IMG/VR virus record: IMGVR_UViG_3300030106_005509
Span: 1-64,000 of that record
Source: a virus
Strand: one strand, 5' to 3'
Length of the DNA stretch: 64,000 bases
In this document: one piece after another, positions 7,811 through 18,270 of the stretch
Numbering within the stretch: the first letter of the stretch is position 1
How the letters are laid out: each line of letters begins with the position of its first letter
Program-made: the position numbers and the translations under genes
Notes under the pieces: generated by a model
What the model was told of the DNA's origin: nothing
The model's database searches: none
What the model saw: only the letters and a program-made list of their open reading frames with translations

Positions 7811-10006
7811 ATGGCAGAAGAAAATCAAGATATGCAAAAAGCACAAGGCTTTGTTACTTGGGCAGACGACTCTGGAAAACAACAAGCTCTAGTTGACACT
7901 TCAGATAACATAGATCACTACGACGGTATACAAAAAACCGTTGGTTATAGGAGAAGATCGTTCTTAGATCTAGAAACCAACCGCTCTGTTAGAGTTGGTT
8001 TTACTAGAGAAGACTATAACAGATTTAGAAGTGAAGAGGCTGTACCCTACAAACAAAAAGAAGCCATCCAGATGTGCATGGCTGCATACGATAAAGTCGG
8101 AATCATTAGGAATGTAATTGATTTGATGTCTGACTTTGCTTCTCAGGGCATAACTCTCGTACACCCAAACAAGAGAATAGAAAAGTTCTACAGGAAGTGG
8201 TTTCAAAAGATCAACGGTAAAGAAAGATCTGAAAGATTCTTAAATACCCTGTATAGATGCGGAAATGTAATTGTTAAAAGAAGAACGGCAAAGATAAGTA
8301 AGAAAGCCGAAAAAGAACTGAGGTCAGCAGCCTCAGATATGAGCATACAAGACTTACTGTTTAACAAGCGCGAAATACCTTGGAAGTTTGACTTTCTAAA
8401 CCCACTGTCAATCGAAGTTGTCGGTAATGAGCTAGCGACTTTTGTTGGTCAACCAAAATACGCTCTTAAGGTATCTAAAGTAATTAGACAGCAGGCAAAG
8501 CGCGGTATTGCAGGCACTGTTCCCTATAATGCAAAGCTCTCAGCTGTGCTTCCTCCAGATATTATAGACGCAATTAAAACCGGCAAAGAGTTAATACCTT
8601 TAGACGAAAACAAAGTCTCTGCATACTTCTACAAGAAAGATGACTGGTTGGTTTGGGCCAATCCTATGATATACGCAATTCTTGACGATATCGTAATGCT
8701 CGAAAAAATGAAGCTCGCAGACATATCCGCACTTGACGGCGCTATATCTAATATAAGACTTTGGAGTCTTGGCGATTTAGATAACAAAATACTACCAACT
8801 AAAAATGCAATCAATAAACTTAGAAATATACTAGCTAGTAATGTAGGTGGCGGAACTATGGACTTAGTATGGGGTCCTGAATTAAAGTTCACCGAGTCTA
8901 GTACACAAGTATATAGATTTTTAGGTAAAGAAAAATATGATCCAGTTCTTACGAATATATATGCAGGTCTCGGCATTCCACCTACACTTACCGGAATGGC
9001 CAGTGGTGGCGGAGGCAGCTTTACTAACAACTTTATTAGCCTTAAAACTCTTGTAGAAAGACTAGAGTATGGGCGCGATGTTTTAGTCTCTTGGTTAAAT
9101 ACCGAGCTTGAGATAGTTAGAAAAGCTATGGGCTTTAGATTACCGGCTACCATTCACTTTGACCAAATGGTTCTTGCTGACGAATCTTCAGAGAAAAACC
9201 TCCTAATACAACTGGCAGACAGAAACATTGTTAGTGCCGAAACAGTTGTTGAAAGATTTGGAGAAATTCCAGAGATCGAAAAAATCAGAATTAAAAGAGA
9301 AGAGCGAGAAAGAAAAGGGGAATCTATGCCTCAAAAAGCTGGCCCTTACCACAATCCGCAACACAAGAACGATATCGAAAAGATTGCTTTGCAAAAAGGA
9401 GATATTGGCGCGGAAGATCTCGGTATAATCCCTTCTGAAGAAACAGGCCCTCATCCGTTCACAAATCCCGAAGATAGAGTTAGTAGGGAGGTTAAAGATG
9501 AAGCCGCTGAGGAAGAGATGAGAAAGCAACAACAAAGAGAGAAAGAATTTGATCCAGTGGGTCGTCCTGAAGATGGGAGACCTAAAAATGCTAAGGATAG
9601 CGTCAAAAGAAAGCAAAAAGAAGTTCTTCCTAGAGAGACTGTGAAATCAGATTTTGTAAACTTACTGCTATGGACTAACAATGCGCAAAAAACAATATCC
9701 GAAATTGTGCATCCTGCCATCCTTGCACATTACAATAAAAAGAACCTCAGAGCGTTAAACAAGCAACAATCTGGAGAGTTAGAATATATAAAATTATGCG
9801 TGCTTTGTAATTTGAAACCTTACGAAGAGATAAATGCAGGTTTAGTTAATGACATTTTGAAAAGTGGATCTGGAGTAAATCAAACTGTAGCGAAAACAAT
9901 TACTTCGCTAAAAAGTGGATTTATTAAAACCAACAAGAGGCCACCTAACATTGATGAAAGAAAACAGATGGGCGCTAATGCCTATGCGTCGTTCCATACT
10001 ACCTAA
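7811..10006 (+). CDS. portal protein
   Basis: Directly follows terL; 731 aa; IIRNVIDLMSDF, YAGLGIPPTL and C-terminal GRP motif typical of portals. Confidence 0.8.
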   Translation: MAEENQDMQKAQGFVTWADDSGKQQALVDTSDNIDHYDGIQKTVGYRRRSFLDLETNRSVRVGFTREDYNRFRSEEAVPYKQKEAIQMCMAAYDKVGIIRNVIDLMSDFASQGITLVHPNKRIEKFYRKWFQKINGKERSERFLNTLYRCGNVIVKRRTAKISKKAEKELRSAASDMSIQDLLFNKREIPWKFDFLNPLSIEVVGNELATFVGQPKYALKVSKVIRQQAKRGIAGTVPYNAKLSAVLPPDIIDAIKTGKELIPLDENKVSAYFYKKDDWLVWANPMIYAILDDIVMLEKMKLADISALDGAISNIRLWSLGDLDNKILPTKNAINKLRNILASNVGGGTMDLVWGPELKFTESSTQVYRFLGKEKYDPVLTNIYAGLGIPPTLTGMASGGGGSFTNNFISLKTLVERLEYGRDVLVSWLNTELEIVRKAMGFRLPATIHFDQMVLADESSEKNLLIQLADRNIVSAETVVERFGEIPEIEKIRIKREERERKGESMPQKAGPYHNPQHKNDIEKIALQKGDIGAEDLGIIPSEETGPHPFTNPEDRVSREVKDEAAEEEMRKQQQREKEFDPVGRPEDGRPKNAKDSVKRKQKEVLPRETVKSDFVNLLLWTNNAQKTISEIVHPAILAHYNKKNLRALNKQQSGELEYIKLCVLCNLKPYEEINAGLVNDILKSGSGVNQTVAKTITSLKSGFIKTNKRPPNIDERKQMGANAYASFHTT

Positions 10007-10033
10007 TGTTTTTAGCATTTATTTTAAATAATG

Positions 10034-10042
10034 GTGTATAAT
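10034..10042 (+). promoter_or_regulatory. putative late promoter GTGTATAAT
   Basis: Exact motif between portal and protease; overlaps the track's 10031 ATG, so that start is unlikely. Confidence 0.7.
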
Positions 10043-10057
10043 TTTATGAGGTATTAT

Positions 10058-11647
10058 ATGAATATTCCAATATACAAAAAAGAAATCAACGATAATCTTG
10101 GTGAAAAAATATTAGCGAGCAATAGTCTTGCTTACGCTTCACTTGTCAGTGCATATGTACCAAGCGAAGAAGACCAAGAAGACATAAAAAAATTATTAGC
10201 TTCGGATAAAGCTGCTGCTGAAAATAAAGGTCAATTTGATCTTTACTATCTAAAGTCTATTCTTGTTTCTACAGGCTGGAACAAAAACGATGATGTTTTT
10301 GATTCTAACGAAGTTTGGGAAGCTAGGAATAGTCCTGAAGATAAACAATTCAACTTCATGCATAACGAGGCTGATATTATAGGGCATATTACTGGTTCCA
10401 CTGTTGTAGATACAGAAGGTAAGGAGTTAGAAGATCAGAGCATTATGCCTAGTTCTGATTTTGAAATCCGTACCAGTGCTGTTTTATACAATAGCTGGAC
10501 TGATTCAGAAAGAAAAGAGCGAATGCGAAAAATCATAGCTGGAATTGAATCCGGTGAGTGGTTTGTAAGCATGGAAGCTCTTTTCAATAATTTTGATTAT
10601 GCCGTTATATCACCTGATGGAGACAACAAGGTGATTGCAAGAGATGAAGAGTCTGCATTTCTAACTAAACATCTTAGAGCATATGGAGGAGAGGGACAGT
10701 ATGAAGGACACAGGGTAGGTAGACTACTACGGAACATCAATTTTTCTGGCAAGGGCTTGGTGAGTAACCCGGCTAATCCTAGAAGTGTTATCTTAGATGA
10801 TGGCGGTTCTAGAATTTTTTCTTTTGCCGGAGTTAATGAAACAAAATTAATTTCAGAATCAAATATTAAGGAGATATCTGATATGTCCGATAATGTATTA
10901 GAGAATCAAGTCGCAGAGCTAAAGGCAGAATTGGCAACCGCCAAAGAAGCCGCAGAAGCTTTGCGTGCTGAAGTTGCTGGTCAAAAAGATGAGGAATTTC
11001 AGTTAAAAATTGAAGCTTTTGAAGCTACTGTTGCTGAAAAAGACGAAGCTATTGCAGAAACTAAAGAAGCTCTAGAAGCTATTACAGCTAAAGTCACTGA
11101 GCTTGAAGAGGCTATTGCAAGTAAAGATGAAGAATTGGCTGCTGCCAATGAAAAGATTGAAGCCCACGAAGCTGAAAAGAAGGTGCTTGCTCGCAAGTCT
11201 ATGCTTCTTGAAGCTGGTTTAGAAGGCGAAGAAGCTGAAGCTGCTCTTGAAAAGTTTGCTGAAGCAAGTGACGAAATGTTTGGGGAAATCGTTCAGGTTA
11301 TGGCTGCTAGCCCTATGGGTAAAAAGCCAAAGGCTGAAGACAAACCCAAAAAGGATGACGAAGAAAAAGACGAAAAAGAACTTCCTCCTTTCATGAAGAA
11401 GAAGGGCGCTAAACCTATGGACGACAAGTCCAAGAATGCTGGAACGCCCCCTAAGAAGATGATGGCTGAAGAAGAAGCTGAAGAAGTTGAAGCTGATTTT
11501 TCAGAAGAAGTTCTTGAAGAAGTCGAAGTAGAAGCAGAAGCATCACTAACTGACGTTGGTGAAGACGCTGTTTTGGAAACAAGAACGGCTGCTAGCGCGT
11601 GGCTTGAAAGTAACGTTCTTCGTTCAACCGCTAAGGTTCAAGAGTAA
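10058..11647 (+). CDS. prohead protease with C-terminal acidic coiled-coil scaffold
   Basis: GAGGT RBS then ATG 10058. NKNDDVF...FMH...IIGH...VSME...FSGKGLVSNPA protease-like N half; Glu/Ala-rich coiled-coil C half; lies between portal and capsid genes. Confidence 0.75.
   Translation: MNIPIYKKEINDNLGEKILASNSLAYASLVSAYVPSEEDQEDIKKLLASDKAAAENKGQFDLYYLKSILVSTGWNKNDDVFDSNEVWEARNSPEDKQFNFMHNEADIIGHITGSTVVDTEGKELEDQSIMPSSDFEIRTSAVLYNSWTDSERKERMRKIIAGIESGEWFVSMEALFNNFDYAVISPDGDNKVIARDEESAFLTKHLRAYGGEGQYEGHRVGRLLRNINFSGKGLVSNPANPRSVILDDGGSRIFSFAGVNETKLISESNIKEISDMSDNVLENQVAELKAELATAKEAAEALRAEVAGQKDEEFQLKIEAFEATVAEKDEAIAETKEALEAITAKVTELEEAIASKDEELAAANEKIEAHEAEKKVLARKSMLLEAGLEGEEAEAALEKFAEASDEMFGEIVQVMAASPMGKKPKAEDKPKKDDEEKDEKELPPFMKKKGAKPMDDKSKNAGTPPKKMMAEEEAEEVEADFSEEVLEEVEVEAEASLTDVGEDAVLETRTAASAWLESNVLRSTAKVQE
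10883..11647 (+). CDS. putative nested scaffolding protein (in-frame internal start)
   Basis: AAGGAG at 10868-10873 precedes in-frame ATG 10883 (MSDNVLENQVAELKAEL...) exactly where the coiled coil begins. Confidence 0.6.
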   Translation: MSDNVLENQVAELKAELATAKEAAEALRAEVAGQKDEEFQLKIEAFEATVAEKDEAIAETKEALEAITAKVTELEEAIASKDEELAAANEKIEAHEAEKKVLARKSMLLEAGLEGEEAEAALEKFAEASDEMFGEIVQVMAASPMGKKPKAEDKPKKDDEEKDEKELPPFMKKKGAKPMDDKSKNAGTPPKKMMAEEEAEEVEADFSEEVLEEVEVEAEASLTDVGEDAVLETRTAASAWLESNVLRSTAKVQE

Positions 11648-11674
11648 TTTAGTTTTTTAATAGGAGTATATATC

Positions 11675-12187
11675 ATGGCTTTAAAAGCTGATAGACACGA
11701 ACTCGATGTCGATATTTCTTTCTTCTGGAACGCCGCCGCAGCTGAACGTGGTGGGGTTGTAGTTTTAGATGCCGTTGGCTCTGGTGCAGCAATGGACCAA
11801 GCTGGCGCAAAAGTAAAGTATGCCGTAGCAACTAACGCTTTGATTCCCGTTGGTATTCTGTTGAACGATGTTGTCAATCTTGACCTCACTCGTCAACACA
11901 TCAACTGGCATCAAGACGAAGTCCAAAAAGGTGGAAAAGTTTCTATCCTTAAAAAGGGTTACGTTGTGACCAATAAAATTTCTGGTACACCAGCTGCTGG
12001 TGAAGCTGCATTTGTGTGTGATGATACCGCTGGTAACATTGCTACCGATGCTGAAATTACTGATGGTAAGAAGATTATCATTGGTCGCTTCATGTCCAAA
12101 AAAGACGAAGATGACTATGCAAAGGTTGAAATTAATCTTCCAATGCCATTCCAGAATACTGACGACGATACTGTCGGTCTTGAGTAA
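11675..12187 (+). CDS. capsid decoration/cement protein
   Basis: 170-aa beta-rich protein immediately upstream of the MCP, AGGAG RBS. Confidence 0.65.
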   Translation: MALKADRHELDVDISFFWNAAAAERGGVVVLDAVGSGAAMDQAGAKVKYAVATNALIPVGILLNDVVNLDLTRQHINWHQDEVQKGGKVSILKKGYVVTNKISGTPAAGEAAFVCDDTAGNIATDAEITDGKKIIIGRFMSKKDEDDYAKVEINLPMPFQNTDDDTVGLE

Positions 12188-12217
12188 TAATCTAACCCTT
12201 AAATGGAGAATAGAATA

Positions 12218-13225
12218 ATGAATAGAATGAATCGACCTGATGATCATTTTATTGAGCTTATTAAGCGCTCCGGCAGTGCTGAAAAGGTAGTTGCCCTTGA
12301 AGCTCAACATGAACTCGCTACCGCACTAGAACAGCCTTTGAGAAAAGGTGTTTTGGTCGGTGACGTTTTAGATGGGATCTTTGAAAGACTCCCAATGGAA
12401 GCTGGAACTTCAGTGGAATTCCCACTGGATCTCTTAGCTCCCGGAACTGAGAACGAACACGTTGCGTATACAAATCCCGGACATGGGCGTATTCCAGAAC
12501 GTGCTGTCGAAGGCGATTACGTCATGGTTCCAACTTATACAGTTGGATCCTCGATTGATTACCTTCTTCGGTATGCTCGCGAAGCTCGCTGGGATGTTGT
12601 TGGTCGCGCAATGCAGGTTCTCGAAGCTGGTTTCGTAAAGAAGATGAACGACGATGGTTGGCACACCCTCTTAGCCGCTGGCGTTGACAGAAACATCTTG
12701 GTTTACGATGGCGATGCCGCTGATGGACAGTTCACAAAGAGACTCATTTCTTTGATGAAAACTGTCATGCGACGTAACGCTGGTGGTAACACTGGATCTT
12801 TGAATCGTGGACGTTTGACTGATCTCTACTTGTCTCCAGAAGCTCTGGAAGACATCCGTAACTGGGGCGTAGATCAAGTTGACGAAATCACACGACGCGA
12901 GATCTATCAAGCAGGCGACGATGCCGCTGCTATCACTCGCATCTTTGGTGTAAATCTGCACGACATGGATGAACTTGGCGAAGGTCAAGAATATCAGAAC
13001 TTCTACAGCAACCAACTTGCTGCCTCACTGAATGGTTCTGACCCTGAACTTGTAGTTGGTATTGATAGAACTGCCAATGACAGTTTCATCATGCCTATTA
13101 AGCAAGATGTCCAGATTTTTGAAGACGACGCACTTCATCGCCAACAGAGAGCTGGTTTTTACGGCTGGGCTGAAGTAGGATTTGCTGTACTTGATAACCG
13201 AAGAATCCTTCTTGGCTCCTTCTAA
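12218..13225 (+). CDS. major capsid protein (HK97-fold expected)
   Basis: ~335 aa, highly biased codon use, C-terminal GFYGWAEVGFAVLD, followed by a strong terminator; ATG 12218 after GGAGA. Confidence 0.85.
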   Translation: MNRMNRPDDHFIELIKRSGSAEKVVALEAQHELATALEQPLRKGVLVGDVLDGIFERLPMEAGTSVEFPLDLLAPGTENEHVAYTNPGHGRIPERAVEGDYVMVPTYTVGSSIDYLLRYAREARWDVVGRAMQVLEAGFVKKMNDDGWHTLLAAGVDRNILVYDGDAADGQFTKRLISLMKTVMRRNAGGNTGSLNRGRLTDLYLSPEALEDIRNWGVDQVDEITRREIYQAGDDAAAITRIFGVNLHDMDELGEGQEYQNFYSNQLAASLNGSDPELVVGIDRTANDSFIMPIKQDVQIFEDDALHRQQRAGFYGWAEVGFAVLDNRRILLGSF

Positions 13226-13248
13226 TCAGTAACGGCTTTCTGTCTAAG

Positions 13249-13282
13249 AACCGCCTCTAAGTTTTTTAGGGGCGGTTTTTTT
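13249..13282 (+). terminator. intrinsic terminator after MCP
   Basis: AACCGCCTCTAA-loop-TTAGGGGCGGTT followed by a T tract. Confidence 0.9.
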
Positions 13283-13289
13283 GTATATG

Positions 13290-13298
13290 GTGTATAAT
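13290..13298 (+). promoter_or_regulatory. putative late promoter GTGTATAAT
   Basis: Exact motif immediately after the MCP terminator. Confidence 0.75.
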
Positions 13299-13336
13299 AA
13301 TATGTATTTTATAGATTTTACTGTGGTTTTAATTAC

Positions 13337-13618
13337 ATGACAAAAAGAACAAAAAGCGAGCTATCAACACAGATAGAGACAGTTTTACCTAACAACTCTG
13401 CCGGACTTATTAGTCCAGCGGATGTAAGAGATTCTTTTACAGATACCGCAGATTCTGTTGTTTTTTGGGACAATTCAGTACCGTCCAGTGCAACAGAAAC
13501 TTGCAGTCCCGGAGAAATGCAATTTGGTGGGACCGCTATAAATGGCACAACAATATATCACCTCTATGTGTGCGTTGCGAGTAACACATGGAGAAGAATG
13601 GAGTTAACCTCCTTTTAG
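13337..13618 (+). CDS. small virion/fibre-associated protein
   Basis: N-terminus resembles that of the 23111 fibre; C-terminal LYVCVASNTWRR motif common in phage fibre proteins. Confidence 0.6.
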   Translation: MTKRTKSELSTQIETVLPNNSAGLISPADVRDSFTDTADSVVFWDNSVPSSATETCSPGEMQFGGTAINGTTIYHLYVCVASNTWRRMELTSF

Positions 13619-13632
13619 ATCGGAGATAAAAC

Positions 13633-14037
13633 ATGTCAGCACTTTCAAACTATCTAGAGAACGCCTTAATAAACCATGTATTAAGAAACACTGCTTATAC
13701 CACTCCCGGAACAAGTGTTTACGTGGGCCTTATTAAGTTCTACGAAACTGACAAATTAGAAGCTGGTACACTAACTCAAGAAGCAAGTGGTGGATCTTAT
13801 GCTAGGGTGCAAGTTACTTCTTGGGACGCACCTTCTAATGGAGCTACCCAAAATACTAGTGATGTAACATTCCCAACCTCCTCAGCAGATTGGGGGATGG
13901 TTTCCGGTGTTTTTGTTGCCGACGCTTCAAGCGGTGGTAACGTCTTACTTCACGGATCTTTAACGTCTGCAAGAGATGTAAAGAACGGCGATGTGTTCAA
14001 ATTTAATGCTGGCGATTTAGATATTACATTTGCCTAG
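13633..14037 (+). CDS. virion structural protein (fibre-associated)
   Basis: MSALSNYLENALINHVLR...GGSYAR...FPT...WG...GNVL pattern seen in phage structural modules. Confidence 0.7.
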   Translation: MSALSNYLENALINHVLRNTAYTTPGTSVYVGLIKFYETDKLEAGTLTQEASGGSYARVQVTSWDAPSNGATQNTSDVTFPTSSADWGMVSGVFVADASSGGNVLLHGSLTSARDVKNGDVFKFNAGDLDITFA

Positions 14038-14069
14038 TAAACTCTAAAACCTCTTGTTAGGGAGTTGCT

Positions 14070-14693
14070 ATGGCTCTAGTAATAAAAGACAGAGTAAAAG
14101 AAACCACAACAACTGACGGTTCAGGCACTATAAGCTTGGCTGGAGCTGTTGATGGTTTTCAGACATTTGTATCCGCAGTAGGAGATGGCAATACTACCTA
14201 CTACGCAATAGAAGATGCAAATGGCACTTCTTGGGAAGTCGGCATTGCCACAATAACTGACGGTTCTCCCGACACTCTCGCAAGAACTACAGTATTAGCT
14301 AGTTCAAACAGCAATAATGCACTCGATCTAACAGTCGGAACCCATACCGTTTTTGGTACATATCCTGCCGACAAAGCTGTTTTTCTTGATGCGGATGGAA
14401 AGTCTAACACCGCATCTCCTTATAACACAATCACTGGAGACACAACCTTGACCACTGCCAATGGTGTAGTCTTCGCAAATGCTAGCAGTGGGGAAGTTGA
14501 CGTTACTTTGTATACCGCAGATTCAAATGGTGGTATGCAGGTAATAGTTAAAAAAACGGACAGCAGCAGTAATGCTGTAAATATTTTAAGGGCTGGAAGC
14601 GACACCATAGACGGCTCAACTACTGTTTCACTTTTACACCAGAATGAATCTGTTACATTGGTATCGGATAATAGCAATTGGTTTATAGTATAA
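14070..14693 (+). CDS. fibre-like virion protein
   Basis: MALVIKDRVKETTTT...WEVG...TLARTTVLASSN; Thr/Ser-rich. Confidence 0.7.
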   Translation: MALVIKDRVKETTTTDGSGTISLAGAVDGFQTFVSAVGDGNTTYYAIEDANGTSWEVGIATITDGSPDTLARTTVLASSNSNNALDLTVGTHTVFGTYPADKAVFLDADGKSNTASPYNTITGDTTLTTANGVVFANASSGEVDVTLYTADSNGGMQVIVKKTDSSSNAVNILRAGSDTIDGSTTVSLLHQNESVTLVSDNSNWFIV

Positions 14694-14694
14694 A

Positions 14695-14703
14695 GTGTAT
14701 ATT
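14695..14703 (+). promoter_or_regulatory. late-promoter variant GTGTATATT
   Basis: One mismatch to GTGTATAAT, in the short gap before the 14740 gene. Confidence 0.5.
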
Positions 14704-14739
14704 ACTACAGAAACATCAACTTCCTAGCGGAGAAATAAT

Positions 14740-16584
14740 ATGACATATTCACCTTTTGGGATTGGTATTGAAACACTAGGTACATCCCAAGTTTCAAAGT
14801 TTGTAAGTGTTGATAGCAATGGCGATCTCATCATACCAGATAGTGACAAATTTAAGTTTGGTACTGGTAGTGATATGCAAGTATATCACGATGGCTCTCA
14901 TGGTTATCTCACAAACGCTACTGGCACTTTAAAACTAGCAACAGAAACAAGTGGTATAGCAATATCAATTGGTCACACCACATCTGAAGTCACTGTTAAT
15001 GATAACTTGACTGTCACAGGTGACCTTACGGTAAATGGTACTACAACTACTATTAACTCAACAACAATGACTGTTGATGATTTAAATATAGTTCTTGCGT
15101 CTGGAGCTTCTGATTCATCTGCTGCTGACGGCGCTGGTATTACAATTGATGGGGCTAGCGCTTCATTGATCTATGACCATACTGGAACTCAGTGGGAGTT
15201 TAATAAAAACGTAGAGTTTGCCGGTAAATTACTTCCAAACGCAGATGCCACCTACGACTTGGGTAGCACGAGTCTTGGTTGGAACGACCTACACATAGGT
15301 TCTGGCGGCGTTATTAACTTCGCTAATGGCGACGTAACAGTAACACACTCTTCAAATACTCTTACCGTAGCTGGCGGAACATTAGCTACAGCAGCTCTCA
15401 CAGCGACCACAGGTACGTTCTCAGGCGTTTTGAAGACCGACGACACTACAGACGCTACAAGCACCACAGACGGCTCTCTACAGACCGATGGCGGTCTTAG
15501 CGTTGCAAAAGATGCTGTTATCGGTGACGACCTTATCTTGTTGTCGGACTCTTCTGTCATTCACTTTGGTGGTGACAAAGAAATTACGCTTAGTCATGTA
15601 GCAGATACGGGTCTTACCCTAAAGCATACAGCTACGGCAGACGACAAACCAGTTACGCTTACTCTTGCTACTGGCGAAACCGACATAGCTGCTAACGATG
15701 TCATTGGTATTATTAACTTCCAAGCTCCAGACGAAGGTACTGGAACAGACGCTATCTTAGTAGCTGCTGGAATTGCTGCTGTTTCAGAAGGTGATTTCGC
15801 AAACGATAATAATGCTACGAAGCTCAGTTTCAGAACAGCGGCTAGTGAAGCAGCTTCTGAAAAGATGTCTCTATCTAGTGGTGGTAATCTTACAGTCGCT
15901 GGTGACATTACTGTTTCTGGTAGTGACATTATACTTGATGATGGTGGATCTCTTAAAGAGGGTGGTGGTACTGCTGCCTTTACCTTTGATGGAAGTGGTC
16001 ACGTTACCAAGATCGGTCAAGATAGCCCATCTAATGGCGAATTCTTGAAATACGACGGTAGTAAATGGGTAGCAGCCGCAGCTACTGTTAGCAGTCTTGC
16101 TGCTGATGATATTAGTGCTGGTGACGCCGCTATAAATCTTACTACAACTAGTGGAAATATCACTATAGACGCTCAAGATGGCGACTCAGACATTATCTTC
16201 AAGGGTACTGATGGAAGTAGTGACACAACGTTCTTAACACTTGATGGTAGTGATGCTGGAGCTGCTATATTTAACAGCACTGTAAAGGGTAGTGTCTTTA
16301 TTGACTCAGTAGAAATTATAACAAACGATGCCGTTACTGTAAGTAAAGGCTTCACTGGAGTTACTACTGGCGGATCGACTAGAGTCGCTACCTTACCAGC
16401 AGCTGTTTCAGGCAATGTTGGTGCAATGTACACCATTAAAAAGCTAGACAGCGGATCTGGTAGTGTGCAGGTTGCTAGAGCTGGCAGTGACACAATTGAT
16501 GGAGGAACTAGTGTTGTTCTTTACCATCAGCACGAAAGTGTAACTGTTATTGTTGGAGCTGCTTCTACTTGGTACATCATGTAA
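14740..16584 (+). CDS. tail/head fibre protein
   Basis: 614 aa, Thr/Gly/Asp/Ser-rich, VTGDLTVNGTTTTINST and YDLGSTSLGW fibre motifs. Confidence 0.7.
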   Translation: MTYSPFGIGIETLGTSQVSKFVSVDSNGDLIIPDSDKFKFGTGSDMQVYHDGSHGYLTNATGTLKLATETSGIAISIGHTTSEVTVNDNLTVTGDLTVNGTTTTINSTTMTVDDLNIVLASGASDSSAADGAGITIDGASASLIYDHTGTQWEFNKNVEFAGKLLPNADATYDLGSTSLGWNDLHIGSGGVINFANGDVTVTHSSNTLTVAGGTLATAALTATTGTFSGVLKTDDTTDATSTTDGSLQTDGGLSVAKDAVIGDDLILLSDSSVIHFGGDKEITLSHVADTGLTLKHTATADDKPVTLTLATGETDIAANDVIGIINFQAPDEGTGTDAILVAAGIAAVSEGDFANDNNATKLSFRTAASEAASEKMSLSSGGNLTVAGDITVSGSDIILDDGGSLKEGGGTAAFTFDGSGHVTKIGQDSPSNGEFLKYDGSKWVAAAATVSSLAADDISAGDAAINLTTTSGNITIDAQDGDSDIIFKGTDGSSDTTFLTLDGSDAGAAIFNSTVKGSVFIDSVEIITNDAVTVSKGFTGVTTGGSTRVATLPAAVSGNVGAMYTIKKLDSGSGSVQVARAGSDTIDGGTSVVLYHQHESVTVIVGAASTWYIM

Positions 16585-16602
16585 TTTTAGGAGTTTTTGG
16601 TA

Positions 16603-18270
16603 ATGGCGCATTCAATCACGTTACAAAACCTATCAGATACTGATATTATCAATAATGACATATTAGGTCAAATTTGTTTTGCTGCACCTAACGAGGCTGG
16701 AGGAACCGACTCAATATTAGTATCGGCCTCTATATTCGCTAGATCAGAAGGCACTTTTGCTGCTGATAATAATGCTACTGAGTTGGTTTTTGTAACCGCC
16801 GCTAGTGAATCTGCCTCTCCCGGAGCGACTAATTATGATATGACCTTAAGCTCTGGTGGAAATCTTACTTTAGCTGGCAATCTAGAACTCGGACACGCGA
16901 GTGATACTACGATAGCAAGAAGTAGTGCTGGAGTAATAACAGTAGAGGGAACAGAGGTTATTTTGGCCGGTGCGGTCACTGCGATAACCTCTCTCCTTGC
17001 TACTGATATTAAGATTGGTGAGGACGCCCAAACAGCAATTGATTTTGAAACTGCTAATGAAATTCATTTTGACGCTGATAATGCTGAAAGAGTAAAAATA
17101 GATTCTAATGGATTAACCATGACTAGTGGTGATATCTATACCGACAAAATTAGGCGAGCCTCAGATAGTAGTACTACTACAAAAATACTTCTTAATGATG
17201 AGGTATTAAAGCTATACGCCGGTCATTCATCAAACAATATCTGCACGATAGACTCTACCGGATTAACTATTGACAATGGTAGCTTGGAGACGGCTACTAT
17301 TGATTATACTGATGGCGATAATGCAATGACCATCGCTGATGGTGGTAAAGTTACATTTGCCGCAGGATTTGCTGTAGGTTCAGATGCGGCTGGAGACATT
17401 CTTTATCATAATGGCACTAGCTATGTTAGGCTTGGCATAGGATCTGATGGTCAAGTGTTGACTGTCAACGATGCCGGAAACGCACCTCAGTGGGAAAATG
17501 CTTCTGGCGGTGGTAGTGGTGATATAACAGGAGTAACCTTAGCTGGAGACTCTGGTTCTGCTGCCGACACTTCAGGAAATGCAGACATTACTATCGCTGG
17601 TGGTAATGGCATAACTACTTCAGGTAGTAGTGCTACTTTGACTGTCGCTCTTGATGCAGCTCTAACTACAGTCACTTCTTTGTTAGCCTCAAATATTAAA
17701 ATTGGTGAAGATGATCAGACAAAGATTGATTTTGAAACCGCAGATGAAATTCACTTTTACGCTGCCAATGTAGAGCAGGTATATCTTGCAGATAACATTT
17801 TTGGTCCACAGTCTGACAGTGATGTTGACTTGGGAAGTAATAGCGTAAGGTGGAAAGATGCTTATATTGACAGTATAACCACCACGGGTAAGATAACTGC
17901 CGGTGGTTCTATTAATCAAGGTATTACAAGCGCTACCGAAGATGCTACAGTCGTTATAGACCTAAGTTCTGGTAACTATTTTAATATAACTTTAGGCGCA
18001 AACGTATCAGACATAGATTTTACCAATGGAACAGATGGTCAAAGATTTTTAATTAGATTTACTCAGCCCGGAGGTGCTAACTATAGTATCGCCTATAATG
18101 CTGTCACTCATGACCAAGATGGTGGTGGAAGTCCTGCCAGCGTTACAATTAAATGGGCTGGAGGAATAACACACACTATGACTAGAACAAATGCAAAGGC
18201 TGATACTGTAGGATTTATTATTAATGATGAAAATGCATTTGATGGGTTTATAGTAGGACAAAATCTATAA
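16603..18270 (+). CDS. tail/head fibre protein
   Basis: AGGAG RBS, ATG 16603; internal repeats, GSDGQVLT and DLGSNSVRWK fibre motifs. Confidence 0.7.
   Translation: MAHSITLQNLSDTDIINNDILGQICFAAPNEAGGTDSILVSASIFARSEGTFAADNNATELVFVTAASESASPGATNYDMTLSSGGNLTLAGNLELGHASDTTIARSSAGVITVEGTEVILAGAVTAITSLLATDIKIGEDAQTAIDFETANEIHFDADNAERVKIDSNGLTMTSGDIYTDKIRRASDSSTTTKILLNDEVLKLYAGHSSNNICTIDSTGLTIDNGSLETATIDYTDGDNAMTIADGGKVTFAAGFAVGSDAAGDILYHNGTSYVRLGIGSDGQVLTVNDAGNAPQWENASGGGSGDITGVTLAGDSGSAADTSGNADITIAGGNGITTSGSSATLTVALDAALTTVTSLLASNIKIGEDDQTKIDFETADEIHFYAANVEQVYLADNIFGPQSDSDVDLGSNSVRWKDAYIDSITTTGKITAGGSINQGITSATEDATVVIDLSSGNYFNITLGANVSDIDFTNGTDGQRFLIRFTQPGGANYSIAYNAVTHDQDGGGSPASVTIKWAGGITHTMTRTNAKADTVGFIINDENAFDGFIVGQNL

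Noticed and set aside
10031-10057. ORF-track start MVYNFMRYY for the protease
   Set aside because: Overlaps the GTGTATAAT motif and lacks an RBS; ATG 10058 has GAGGT
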